From: Octopus vulgaris | Lineage: Eukaryota | DNA: 124,000 bases | Direction: 5' to 3' | Assembly: GCA_951406725.2 (NCBI GenBank) | Contig: OX597814.1 | Coordinates: forward strand, 169,280,001 to 169,404,000 | Shown: in pieces, positions 14,959 to 28,013 of the stretch | How the letters are laid out: each line of letters starts with the position of its first letter | Numbering within the stretch: position 1 is the first letter of the stretch | Made by a program: the position numbers and the translations under genes | Notes under the pieces: model-generated | What the model was told of the DNA's origin: nothing | Database searches by the model: none | Seen by the model: the letters and a program-made list of their open reading frames with translations, nothing else

Positions 14959-15868
14959 CCATAAATCCTCGAGTATAATCTGCATTTTTTCCCTAAAATT
15001 TAAAGGTCAAAATCCCTAGTGCATATTATACACGAGGTTAAAAATGAAAATGATTTCTAAGTAGTGTCCAAGTCTCTATTTGCTGTCCGGCAATGTTTAT
15101 TCAGATGCATTTTGTGATGTCGGCCACGAAAATACCTTAAGCTAAGCCTGAAAGCAATGAAGTCATTAAAGAATCATCCATAACTTGCAGTAAGCAATAT
15201 TTATTAAACATTATTACTATTATTTCTTTATTTTCTGCAAACAAAATGCACAAAAAAGCTAACTTGTGTCAAGGAGGTCTATATAACATCCTTGGTTTGT
15301 AAAAATGTATGCAGTAGCGTACTTTATTATACAATAATAATAAAGTACGCTACTGCATACATTTTTACAAACCAAGGATGTTATATAGACCTCCTTGACA
15401 CAAGTTAGAGAAGGGGTGCGTATTATACACAAGGTTTAGGTTTTTCAGCCAGCCATATCTTCTTCAAACTACATACAAATGAAGGACAAATGAGATAACC
15501 TAGTTCTAGGTAAATTCCAACACATGAAACCCTTGGCCCTTGAGTCATTTTGTAGCTTCTGCTGATTGTTAATAAAATACATAATGTTACGGAAAATGAG
15601 ATGGTTACGATCATAACTCTTTTGACCATAGATCAGCTCAATCTAATTGACCTGGTATTAAACAAAAAAATGATGAGGATAATGATGATGATGATGACGA
15701 TGGTGATGTTGGTGCCCATACTGATTCCAGTCAAGCACTATATTCTACACAGACCCCTATTCTGAGTAGAATGCAAGCTGCTCTCCCAAACTTGCCCACA
15801 GTACAAATCTGCCTTAAAAATCCCCTTCGTATTATACTCAAGGGCAGACTATACTCAAGGATTTACGG
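14959..15868. mobile_element. Non-autonomous Tc1/mariner-superfamily element carrying an inverted copy of flanking DNA
   Basis: TIRs CCATAAATCCTCGAGTATAATCTGC / GCAGACTATACTCAAGGATTTACGG with TA at the right end; 15446-15804 is the reverse complement of 14111-14466. Confidence 0.75.
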
Positions 15869-16077
15869 TATGTATTCATATATAAAATATACAAGGCACT
15901 TTTTGTCAGATGACTGAAACTAAAAGGTATGTACTTTGAGTGCTCAGTTTGGTACACCACTAAAATTCAAGTATAAATTGCAGTTGAACATGTGATTTTG
16001 CAATTGCCTTTCTAAAGCAGCTAGAAATGCCTTCCCCTTGAGCAGGTGTGTATTGATTAAAAGAGAAATGAAGAAGT

Positions 16078-16238
16078 AAACAATTTGGTTAGACTTGACA
16101 AGGACATTTAATTTAGCTATATAATATGATATAATACAATATAAAGGTGTATATAGAGATTAAATACACCTTTGTATTGTATTATATATCATTATATAGC
16201 TAAATTAATTGTCCTTGTCAAGTCTCACTAAATTGTTT
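16078..16238. repeat. Imperfect AT-rich palindrome (MITE-like)
   Basis: Arms AAACAATTT..GACTTGACAAGGACA..AAAGGTGTAT and their reverse complement around a short loop. Confidence 0.75.
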
Positions 16239-16282
16239 GCCTCTTCATTTCTGTTTTAATTTATTTTCATATGTACATATAT

Positions 16283-16332
<50 letters not shown>

Positions 16333-17114
16333 CATATATATACATATACATACATACATATATATACATATATATACATATACATACATACAAATATGTA
16401 CATATATATATATAACAGGTTTCTTTCAGCTTTTAAATAATAATAATAATAATGAAATTATTGTGTATAGTGCTCAGGTGCACTACAGCATAAATCCTCT
16501 CACAAGGCTTTGGCCAGCATGGGGTTATAGTAGAAGTCCCCTGCTGAATGTGCCATGCTGTGGGAATGAACCTGGAACCATGTGATTGGGAAGCAGACTT
16601 CTTACCACACAGCCACATCTTGTTCTAGTTTGTAATATTGGTTTTAAATTTTGGCACAAGGCCAGCAACTTCAGGGGAGGGGTGAGTCGATTTCCCTGAC
16701 ACCCCACTCCTCCACTAATGATCAGCTGGTACTTATTTTATCAGCCTTGAAAGGACAAAAGGCAAAGTCGACCTCAGTGGAATTTGAACTCAGAACGTAA
16801 AGACAGATGAAATACTTATTTCTTTATTACCCACAAGGGGCTAAACATAGAGGGGACAAACATGGACAGACATAGGTATTAAGTCGATTATATCAACCCC
16901 AGTGCTTAACTGGTACTTAATTTATCGACCCCGAAAGGATGAAAGGCGGAATTTGAACTCAGAATGTAACGGCAGCTGAAATACCGCTAAGCATTTCGCC
17001 CGACGTGCTAACGATTCTGCCAGCTCGCCGCCTTTGATGAAATACTGCTAAGCATTTTGCCTGGCATATCAACGATTCTGCCAACATCTCACCTCTTTTC
17101 AGCTTGTATTATTT

Positions 17115-17482
17115 TGTAGCGGCACAAGCAGTCAGTGCCATATTGGATGAGAACTCGTGGCAGCTATTGCCATCTCCAAGACTGAAGTGAGACCTCACCT
17201 GCATCCATTTGCCATGCGTGAGATCACAACGAGGCTCGCAATGGAAAACTATATAAAGGAAAAACCCGATTCAGATCTCTCTCTTTTGATGCCACCTTCA
17301 CAGCAGCACTGGCTGAACACCACCACTGGCTGGACCTGTCTATAGGTTGTATCTCCAGAGACATTGCTCCCACACTAATGGAGCTACTACACAACGCACA
17401 CAGCTTAAGATGGTAGCTGAAACCTGTAAATAAACCAGTTGTAAATAGCGTTTGTACTTGAAGTCTTCTCTCTTCGCTTGCC
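17115..17482 (+). mobile_element. Solo LTR-like repeat, 3' end cut by a SINE
   Basis: Starts TGTAG, has TATATAAAGG and AATAAA; homologous to 46854-47408, which ends ACA. Confidence 0.55.
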
Positions 17483-17591
17483 AGAACCACATGGTTCTGG
17501 GTTCAGTCTCACTGCGTGGCACTTTGGGAAAGTGTCTTCTACCATAGCCTCGGGCCGACCGGTAGACGGAAACTGAAAAAAGCCTGTCATA

Positions 17592-17627
<36 letters not shown>

Positions 17628-17657
17628 TGTATGTATGTATGTATGTATGTATATATA

Positions 17658-17800
<143 letters not shown>

Positions 17801-18537
17801 GTGTGTATATGTTTGTGTGTCTGTGTTTGTCCCCCCAACATCGCTTGACAACTGATGCTGCTGTGTTTAAGTCACCGTAACTTAGCGTAATAAGTACTAG
17901 GCTTACAAAGAATAAGTCCTGGGGTCGATTTGCTCGACTAAAGGCGGTGCTCCAGCATGGCCACAGTCAAATGGCTGAAACAAGTAAAAGAGTAAAAGAG
18001 TAAAAGATATGAGTGTTATCATGTGAAATCTATAACCTAGTCACTGATACCTGAGTAGAAACACCTTTGTCTGTCTTCCTGCCTGTCTGTTTACCTTCTC
18101 GCCCATTTGCATACCTAAACATGCACACATATACATACACATATCTTGCATACATGTGCATGTGTATCTGTGCACTGAAGCATAAAATTTTAGTGCATCT
18201 ATAGCAATTTTCACATTAAGTTTTCCAAAGAAAATCTGCCAACCTTAACAGATAACAGTAAATATATGAATGACAAAACAGCTTCACTGATCAAGAATGT
18301 TAATTGTTGCATGAAATTTTCAAGTTTAGTTGATAAATTCCCTTCAGAAGCTCACATCACAACAGTTTTCTGGGCTGTTGTCTTTATTGATCATAAGTGA
18401 CACAGGTTATGAAAGATGACATTTTTTGTCATTTTTCTAAAATTCCACATGTTATGTCTTATATCTTATCTATCTGTTCAATATCATTTTGATGGCATGT
18501 TATTAGAATGGTTCTAATTAGTTGGTCAAACAATGTA

Positions 18538-18781
18538 CAGGGTTGGCCAAAAGTCAGCTGACAGTAAATCAAAACTCTTTTTAATTCCAAGATTAAAACA
18601 AAAAATTATTTTATATGAGACTTTGCTAATAAACAGGCAAATGTTGAAAAAAAAAATATGGTGATTTTTAACTCACATAATTCAATTATTAAACATTCAT
18701 AATTGGAATGAATAAATAAAAGTGAACATTAAGTATTTATGGAATCTTGATTTACTGTTGGGTGACTTTTGGCCAACCCTG
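18538..18781. mobile_element. Tc1/mariner MITE
   Basis: TIR CAGGGTTGGCCAAAAGTCA / TGACTTTTGGCCAACCCTG with TA on both sides. Confidence 0.85.
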
Positions 18782-20334
18782 TATATTTGTGTGTGTACTC
18801 TTTACTCTTTTACTTGTTTCAGTCATTTGACTGTGGCCATGCTGGAGCACCGCCTTTAGTCGAGCAAATTGACATCACGACTTATTCTTTGTAAGCCTAG
18901 TACTTATTCTATCGGTCTCATTTGCAAAACCGCTAAGTTACGGGAACGTAAACACACCAACACCGGTTGTCAAGCGATGTTGGGGGGGACAAACACGGAC
19001 ACACAAACACACACACACACTCACACACACACACACACACACATATACATATATATGACAGGTTTCTTTCAGTTTCCATCTACCAAATCCACTCACAAGG
19101 CTTTGGTTGGCCCAAGGCTACAGTAGAAGACACTTGCCCAAGGTGTCATGCAGTGGGACTGAATCCAGACCATGTGGTTTGTAAGCAAGCTACTTACCAC
19201 AAAGCCACTCCTATGCCTATGTGTGTGTATATAAATATATATGTATGTGTATATATATATGTGTGTGTATATATGTGTATATATGTGTATGTATGTATGT
19301 GTACATGTGTGTATATGTGTATGTATTTGTATATATGTGTGTGTATATATGTATCTATATATATGTGTGTGTGTATATGAGGTGGTATTAAAAAGTTTCC
19401 AGACTAGTTATGTTTAATAAAAAAATAACTTATGTACCTAAGTTTTAGCATCATCACCTTCCACAGCAATACACTGGTCCCAGCATTCCTGGCACTTTTG
19501 AAATCCAGTCTGGAAGACGTTTTCCGTAAGTGAGTTGATTACTATGTGTAGGGTGTGGTTGAGAAATTCACCAACCACTCTGCTGGAAATACCAAGGCTG
19601 AGCTAGTGACCAAGATGAAGGAGGTGTTTGAAGATCTCAGGAACACAGTGAAGAATTCATGCACCAGGTTCCAGGGCCTGAGAGCAGCTACGTTGAGCAT
19701 ACAGCTATCTGCCTGCCACAATCTATTTGATAATTTTTTTTGATCTTTTAAAAATACTTTTCTCTGTCAGAGGATCTTTGTCTTGCATGTTACTTAGTAA
19801 CCCTTGGTAACCCTGCAGTGTTTCATGCCACACAAAAAGCAACCAGTCCACACTGCAAAGTGGTTGGCATTTGAAAGGGCATCCAGCTTTAAAAACCATG
19901 CTGAAACTATACTTATGACACATGAAAACACTCTCTCCACCCTGTGGGGTGGTTGATGTTAGGAAGAGCTGTAAAAAACCATGCCAAAACTGACCTCACC
20001 TGTGCTTGTGCCATATAAAAAGTACTCTGTTCACCTTGCTGGGTGGTTGGTGTCTGGAAAAGTATTCAGCTGTAAAAACCATTCCTAAATTGACCTCACC
20101 TGCACTTAAGCCACATGAAAAGCACTCTAACCACCCTGCTGGGTGGTTGGTGTTAGGAAGAGCATCCAACTGTAAAAACTGTGTCAAAACTAACCTCACC
20201 GGTTTTGTGCCATGTAAAAAGCACACTGTTCACCTGGTTGGGTGGTTGGTGTTAGGAAGAGCATCCAACTGTAAAAACCTAGCCAGCTCCTGTCAAGCTG
20301 TCCAACCCATGCCAACACAGAAGGTGGATCTTAA

Positions 20335-20384
<50 letters not shown>

Positions 20385-21800
20385 GGTGGTGGTGGTGGTG
20401 GTGATGATGATGATGATGATGAGGAGGAGGATGAAGAGGAAGAGGAGGATGATGAAGAGGAAGGGGAGGATGAAGAGGAAGTGGAGGATGAAGAGGAAGA
20501 GGAGGAGGAGCATGAGGATGATGATGAGGATGATGAGGAGGTTGAAGATGAGGATGAGGAGGACAGGATATTGTGTTTCTTTTTTCCCTTTATGCAAGCT
20601 GTCAAATTTAACCCGGACATCTTGTGATGCTGGTCATGGTGGAAGCGAGCCCCGTTGGCAGAGACATTGTAAAGGTCGAGTGGACCCTTTCTTGTCTGCG
20701 AGAATGTGTACGGATATCAGAGTACATTTTGTTTTTGTGTTGTATATGTGTATGTATGTGTGTGTGTGTAACTGTCTTTATGATGTTGAGCACTACTCTG
20801 TGCATGTGTGTATGTGTGTGTGTATGTGTGTGTGTGCATGTGTGTATGTGTGTGCATGTGTTTGTGTGTGTGTGTGTGTATGTGTGTGTGCATGTGTGTT
20901 TGTGTGTGTGTGCGTGTGTTTGTGTGTGTGTGTGTTTGTGTGCGTGTGTGTGTGTGTGTGTGTGCGTGCACATGTGTGTGTATGTGTAATTCATGGTTGC
21001 ACACACTTTATAGTCTTGAGCAATCATGCGTGTGTTTTTGGGGGTGTGTCTTTGTGCCTTTGTTGTTGCTACTGTTGTAGTGTTTATTTATTTATTTATT
21101 TATTCCTTTTTGTGCTTATTTTTCTGTCAGTTGGGTTAAATATAAGCTTGCAGTGGCGGCAATAGATAAAAGTAGATGGATATGTATGGGTGTGAGTGGT
21201 GAATGTGTGTGCTTTGTTGTAGTTCGTCATTTATAGTTTATTCAATTGCGATGATGCCTTTGTCTGTGCATGTCTGTCTGTGTGTGTGTGTGTGTGTGTT
21301 TGGGGTGTGTTTGGTGTGTATGTGTCATGTAGGTGTGCATTTGGTGTGTGTGTGTGTTTGGTGTGTGTGTGTGTGTATGTATGTGTATTTGGAGTTTTGT
21401 GTGTGCTTGCTGTGTGTGTGTGTGTGTGTGTGCATGTGTGTATGTGTATTTGGAGTTTGGTGTGTGTGTGTGTTTGGTGTAGATGTGTGTTTGGTCTGTA
21501 TGTGTCATGATGTGTGTGTGTGGGTATGTTTGGTGTGAATATGTGTTTGGTGTATATGTGTGTGTGTGTGTGTGTGCGTGTGTTAGGTGTGTGTGTGTAT
21601 GTGTGTGAGGGTGTGTCTATTCATATCTACTAAGTTCTAGATATTTTTCACATACATATACATGTACCAATATACTCATACATTCACAGATACAAGTACA
21701 TATTGCAGCTCTACATGAGCACACACACACACACACATACACACACACACGCACACATACACACACCCGCTCGTGCGCGCACGCACACACACATACACAC
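20335..21800. repeat. Compound (GAT/GGT/GAG)n and (GT)n/(CA)n microsatellite block
   Basis: Direct inspection. Confidence 0.95.
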
Positions 21801-22152
21801 ATACACATTTTCCCTCTGTCTCCTTATTTCTCATTTGATTGTTTTATTTGAAATGGGACTACAATGCGGCTAAATTGCTATCATTACAATATTGTTATTA
21901 CTATTATTTATCCCTGGGATTAGGGTTCATGCTGTTACCCCACTTGTTCTTTCCGCTGAATTCAGTGCCCTTTGTTATGCAGATGGATTCAGTAATTTAT
22001 CCGAGGGACAAAACCTGCAAGTGAATAAATCGCATTTTTTCTAACCTTGCTTACTGATTAAAATGAAAAAGGTTACTCCAAATTTTAATTAAGGTTATTT
22101 AAACTTGAAATATAGTGAAGAGCAGATCAGATCTTTAGAAGTATAGTGACAA

Positions 22153-22193
22153 CTCCAGACATGTTTCAGTCTTGTTAGACCTCATCAGCAAAG
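22153..22193 (-). ncRNA. Minimal type-I hammerhead ribozyme-like motif
   Basis: Minus strand CTTTG-CTGATGA-GGTC-TAACAA-GACT-GAAAC-AT-GTC-TGGAG; helix III palindromic (ACATGT); helix I relies on G-U pairs. Confidence 0.55.
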
Positions 22194-24450
22194 CGTTATC
22201 TAACTATCACTGCAAACCTTAGATGGATAGAGAATGTATATGATTTCTGTGAATGAAAACGGGTACATTCATGGTTGTGTGGTCAAAAAGCCTGCTTCTC
22301 AGCTATGTAGCTTCGGGATGAATCCCATTGTGTGGAACCTGGGGCAAGTGTCTTCTACTTCATCTCCAGGCTGGATTTGGTAGACAGAAACTGAAAGAAG
22401 CCTGTAGTATATATGTATGTTTGTGTGCATGTTTATGTGTGTGTATGTGTGTGTGTGTGTGTGTGTGTGAGAAAGTTAGCATCTCCTTGCTTTGCATGAT
22501 GGTTGTAAATGTGTGTCACTGTTATACAACACTGACATTCATTTCCAATCTTCTTTTCTACTCTAGGCACAAGGCCAAAAATTTTTGGGGAGGAGGCCAG
22601 TCGATTAGATCGACCTCAGTACACAGCTGGTACTTAATTTATTGACCCCAAAAGTATGAAAGGCAAAGTCGACTTCGGCGGCATTTGAACTCATAACATA
22701 AAGACAGCTGAAATACTGATAAACATTTCACCCGGTGTGCTAACGTTTCTTATTTCTTTATTGTCCACAAGGGGCTGAACATAGAGGGGACAAACAAGGA
22801 CAGACAAAAGGATTAAGTCAATTAGATCGACCCCAGTGTGTAACTGGTACTTAATTTATCGACCCCGAAAGGATGAAAAGCAAAGTTGACCTCGGCGGAA
22901 TTTGAACTCAGAATGCAACAGCAGACGAAACACCACTAAGCATTTCGCCCGGCTTGCTAACGTTTCTGCCAGCTTGCCACCTATGCCATGGGGAAATATT
23001 ATCTTACTTGGAAACAGGTGAGGATTAATAAGAAGAGCATCTAGCTACAGAAAATCTGCCTCAACAAATTCCATCTGATCCATGCAGACATAGAAAAGTA
23101 GACATTAAAATCCCTTTACACAAAGCCTGAAACTTGTGCGGGAGGGCTGTCAATTTTATTGACCCCTAAAAGGATGAAAGGCAGAGTCAACCCTGGTAGG
23201 ATTTGAATTCAGAATGTAAGGATGGACGAAATGCCACTAAGCATTTTGCTTGGCATGCTAATGATTCTAACAGCTCGTCACCTTTAAAGTAGATGTTAAA
23301 ATAACGATGATGACAAAGACAATGATGATAATGAACAGAGAGGCATTAGAGATTTTAAAAGTAGCCAGAGCAAAAATACCCTGGGATGCCTATTGAAACC
23401 TCGGCAGCATAGTACAAGCATACTTGTAGCAAGCCAAGAAATTTTGATTAATTAGATATGAAATGCAGTGGAGAATGTGCGTGATCTTTAGCAGTAGATC
23501 ATCATCATCATCGTTTAACGTCCGTTTTCCATGCTAGTATGGGTTGGACGATTTTGAATGAGGGCTGGCACCAGATGGCTGCACCAGGCTCCAGTCTTGA
23601 TCTGGCAGAGTTTCTACAGCTGGATGCTCTTCCTGATGCCAACCACTCTGAGAATGTAGGGGGTGCTTTTTACATGCCACCGGCACGGGGGCCAGTCAGG
23701 CGGTACTGGCAATGACCTCGCTCGAATCTTTTTACACGTGCCAGTGAAGATATAGACTGATAATGGTGATACTGCAAATGAAATCAGATAAGCTATGAGT
23801 GATAAACTGCAATAAAGCTTGTAGACATGTGTCCACATCTACACTGTATCTACTGTTATGTACTGTCACCACTGGTAACTTAAATCTAACACAGTTGACA
23901 GGTCAATAAACAATAGCAGGGAACAACAAAAGCAACTGCAATGAAAAAAGCACCAGCAATGAAATTCACACTTAAACATGTATGTAGACACAGACGCAAA
24001 TATGCGTAAGAGCTGCATTGAAAAGATGCAATACCACTAAAATTACACGCACACACACATACACACACACACATGCACAATACAAACATAATAATCACAT
24101 ATTCACAAATACATACACATATTTGCACACGCAGTCTCTCACCTCCCACCACCATCACTAGTAAGTACACAGAGACCAAACAGAGACTGAAATCAGTCAC
24201 GGAGAAGTCGTTATAAAGGCTGCAGACATAAATTAAAGACTTTGACAAATGAATCAATTAACAAAGATGTGATCTACAACAAATACATGTATTTTTATTG
24301 GCAGAATAATCCTCCTCAAACCTAACAATAACTGTTTCAACATAACGATTTAACATCACGAATCTTGTGACACAAAAAACGCAAAATGCGTAAAGTACAT
24401 GTATGCAAGTTTATAATATATATATACATATTTGAGCAAGCGTGTGCATG

Positions 24451-24512
<62 letters not shown>

Positions 24513-24607
24513 CATATTTAATAGATTCAGATGAATATGGTACTTAAGTTAAAGGCACCAGAATTTTGTATGGTATTATCCATATAATTCAAAATTGGGT
24601 GATTACA

Positions 24608-24694
24608 ATCAAAATAAGCAACAAGGATATCCAGAGGTAATGCAGTACTGCATTATTGTACTGCATTACCTCTGGATATCCTTGTTGCTTATTT

Positions 24695-24698
<4 letters not shown>
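24608..24698. repeat. Fold-back hairpin at the end of a repeat fragment
   Basis: ATCAAAATAAGCAACAAGGATATCCAGAGGTAATGCAGTAC and its exact reverse complement; an unfolded relative lies at about 64840-64965. Confidence 0.9.
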
Positions 24699-24738
<40 letters not shown>

Positions 24739-24746
<8 letters not shown>

Positions 24747-25427
24747 AAAGGGCTTAGTAAAATAAATTACTTTGCCACATACTGAACTCATTAGAAATAG
24801 TAGCTAAAAAAACTTTTTTAAAACTATTTCTAATACTTAAAGAAAATCTCTCTCATATAGTGTTTGCTCAACTCAACCCACGAAAGTATGGGGGTAAAGA
24901 CATTAAAAAATCAAATGCAAAGGTTATTTGAGAACGTACGTTTCTAGATTAGTCAACTCGACATTTCTATCATCAGCTCAGAACTCCTTGGTTTGGATTT
25001 GAAAACACTGAAAGTGGGAGCATACCCTTTCGGCTTCTTATCGCTTCTGAAGATCTGCTCGAAACTAACAGTGCCAGCAAACTCAAAGTTTGCTGGCACT
25101 GTTAGTTTCGAGCAGATCTTCAGAAGCGATAAGAAGCCGAAAGGGTATGCTCCCACTTTCAGTGTTTTCAAATCCAAACCAAGGAGTTCTGAGCTGATGA
25201 TAGAAATGTCGAGTTGACTAATCTAGAAACGTACGTTCTCAAATAACCTTTGCATTTGATTTTTTAATGTCTTTACCCACATACTTTCGTGGGTTGAGTT
25301 GAGCAAACACTATATGAGAGAGATTTTTAAGTATTAGAAATAGTTTTAAAAAGTTTTTTTAGCTACTATTTCTAATGAGTTCAGTATGTGGCAAAGTAAT
25401 TTATTTTACTAAGCCCTTTTATATAAT
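24739..25427. repeat. Near-perfect 689-bp palindrome (3-nt loop at 25084-25086) of Penelope-like sequence
   Basis: Arms are reverse complements with few indels; mirror ORFs 24953-25177(-) and 24993-25217(+) are nearly identical. Confidence 0.95.
25190..25241 (+). ncRNA. Minimal type-I hammerhead ribozyme motif (mirror copy at 24929-24980 on minus strand)
   Basis: TGAG-CTGATGA-TAGA..GTC-GAGTT-GAC..TCTA-GAAAC-GTAC-GT-T-CTCA: helix I TGAG/CTCA, intact core, helix II TAGA/TCTA, palindromic helix III ACGTACGT, GUU triplet. Confidence 0.7.
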
Positions 25428-25520
25428 GTAATAATTTGAATTTGCCTTAAATGGTCCCTTTGCATACTGAATACTTGGTGAAATTGATTAATAATTAATT
25501 AATTTTACCCTCAATTGTTG

Positions 25521-25557
<37 letters not shown>

Positions 25558-25638
25558 TGTATATATACATATATTAATAGTAATGGTAAGACAACAAAAG
25601 AATGAAAGAGATTTCGATATTATGTAAATAGAGGAATT

Positions 25639-27329
25639 TATCTGTAATATAATATGTGACAATTATTCGGTTGCCATAACAAAACTCTGAGTTTCAGATG
25701 TTGGAGTAGAAACCTGCTCCAGCATCTTTTCAGTTATCAAGGCAATCAAAATATGCTATGAAAATGACCATTAAACAAAGTGAAATTACTATGTAACTGA
25801 CCGTTATTACAACAAAAGAGCTATTAGAATGATCGTTAAATAAGGGAAAAAAGCGAAGGGGAGGAAGTAAAAAGTAAAGGAGTAAAAAAGCTCATAGCAT
25901 TCGTATATGTGTGCATGTACATACATACACAGGCATGCACGCACACCCATGTGCATGTGCCTATATGCATATGCACACTCACATGAAACACACATATGCC
26001 AATAGATGCACATATATATGCAACCATGCATGTACACATATATATCCACACACACGTGCTCACATACATGTGCACATACCCATATGCATACAGTTATATT
26101 CAAATACACATCTAAAAATATGCAGATGCTATATGCCCACTCACACCCTTGTGGAACACATGCATGTACACCTACATATATATGCAACCATACACATGTA
26201 CATATACACGCACATATATACATACTCACACACACAAACATGCACGATGTACACATATGTATATCCACACACACATGCACATGCACACACATGTGCACAT
26301 ACCCATACATGCACAGTTATATTTAAATGCATGTCTAAAATACGTGCATGCTATATATGCATATGCTCACTCACACTCATGTGGAACACTCACATGTATA
26401 CCCACATATATATATGCAACCATACACATATACATATATACATACCCGCACACATGCATACACACACGTGCACACAAAAAAGTTCATATACATGTCTTTA
26501 TATGCACATGCGCAAGAAAAATGCAGAGTGAAAGGTAAAATACAGAAAAATGTGTAAAAATATATGAAGCAATAAAAATATAAAAATATATCTCTATAAA
26601 TATGTAAAAAATGTATAAAAAATATGTACAAAATATGTGTAGGTATGTACACGTGTGTGTGTGTGTGCATCTGTGTGTGCAGATATACATATGTGTACAT
26701 CATGCATGTGTGTGTGTGTGCAGATATGTATATATGTACATGTGTACAGTTGCATATATATATGTGGGTGTACATGCATGTGTTCCACGCAAGTGTGAGT
26801 GAGGATATCGCATGTGCGTGTTTTTAGAACTGTATTTGAATATATCTGTGTGCATATGGGTATGTGCACGTGTGTGTGTGTGCGTGCCTGTGTGTGGATA
26901 TGTATATGTGTACATGCATGGTTGCATATATATGTACATCTGTTGGTGTATGTGTGCATGCGCATGTCTGTGTTTCATGTGAGTGTGAGTGAGCATATGC
27001 ATATAGGTACATGTATGTGGGTGTGTGTGCGTGCCTGTGTATGTATGTACATGCATGCATGCATGATTGCTACGAGCATTTTTATTCCTTTACTTTTTTT
27101 ACTTTCTCCCCTTCGGTTTTCCCCTTATTTAACGGTCATTCTAATAGCTCTTTTGTCTTCATAACGGTCAGTTACATAGTAATTTCTCTTTGTTTGATGG
27201 TCATTTTCATAGCATATTTTGATTGCCTTGATAACTGAAGAGATGTCTGAGCAGGTTTCCGCCCTGAGATCCGAAACTCAGAGTTTTATTATGGCAACCT
27301 AATAATTGTCACATATTATATTACAGATA
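25639..27329. repeat. Diverged inverted duplication of a Penelope-like end plus CA/GT-rich block
   Basis: 25639-about 26290 is the reverse complement of about 26650-27329, with scattered substitutions. Confidence 0.85.
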
Positions 27330-27375
27330 TATAAATATATATATATATATATATATGCACATACACACACACGTA

Positions 27376-27590
27376 CAAGGGGGGGCTGAAAAGTTCTTGC
27401 TTTTGCATAAAAGAAAATACAGGAGGGTTAGTTAATTACGATTTTATCCAACAGATTCTCCTCTCAGATTCACACACTTATTGCAGTGGTCCTTCAGTTT
27501 TTCTAAGCCCTGTTAAAATACTCGGAAGGTTGGGCCTTCAGCCAGGCCTTTCGTGACACCCTTAAAGCCAAGAACTTTTCGGCACCCACA
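27376..27590. mobile_element. Mariner-type MITE (relatives at about 85747-85955 and 102660-102865)
   Basis: TIR-like GGGGGGCTGAAAAGTTC / GAACTTTTCGGCACCC; shared internal sequence among the three copies. Confidence 0.75.
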
Positions 27591-27596
27591 CATATA

Positions 27597-27832
27597 TAGG
27601 GCGACCCAAAAGCAGGTTTACAGTTATCACGTAAGCACTTTAAATTTCTTTCAAAACATTTTATTACATTTAAATTTCTATCTTACAAACTGCAAAGGGA
27701 GCTTGACAAAATAAACTAAATTAGCATAGAATAATGGTTTCATGTTTTTAATATAATTAAGATCTAAACTGTTAATATATGAATGTGAAATAGATAGTCG
27801 AATAACCGTAAACCTACTTTTGGGCCACCCTG
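27597..27832. mobile_element. Tc1/mariner MITE
   Basis: TIR TAGGGCGACCCAAAAGCAGGTTTAC / GTAAACCTACTTTTGGGCCACCCTG, TA-flanked. Confidence 0.8.
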
Positions 27833-27946
27833 TATACAAATAGAGGGAAAGGGAAGGATACTTAATACATAGTGTTCATATGTACAAAGACATCTGAATG
27901 ATTGTATTCATGCATGTGTGAAACTGAGTGATGAATGAGAAAATCA

Positions 27947-28013
<67 letters not shown>

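Noticed and set aside
20335-21165. 276-aa Met/Val/Arg/Cys-rich ORF
   Set aside because: Translated tri- and dinucleotide microsatellites (the same applies to 43038-43313 and 100299-100822)
21925-22020. Candidate exon on either strand
   Set aside because: The acceptors are plausible, but the minus-strand frames all stop and the donors are weak; no supporting homology
24953-25217. Two identical 74-aa proteins on opposite strands
   Set aside because: A consequence of the DNA palindrome; no recognisable domain or coding evidence
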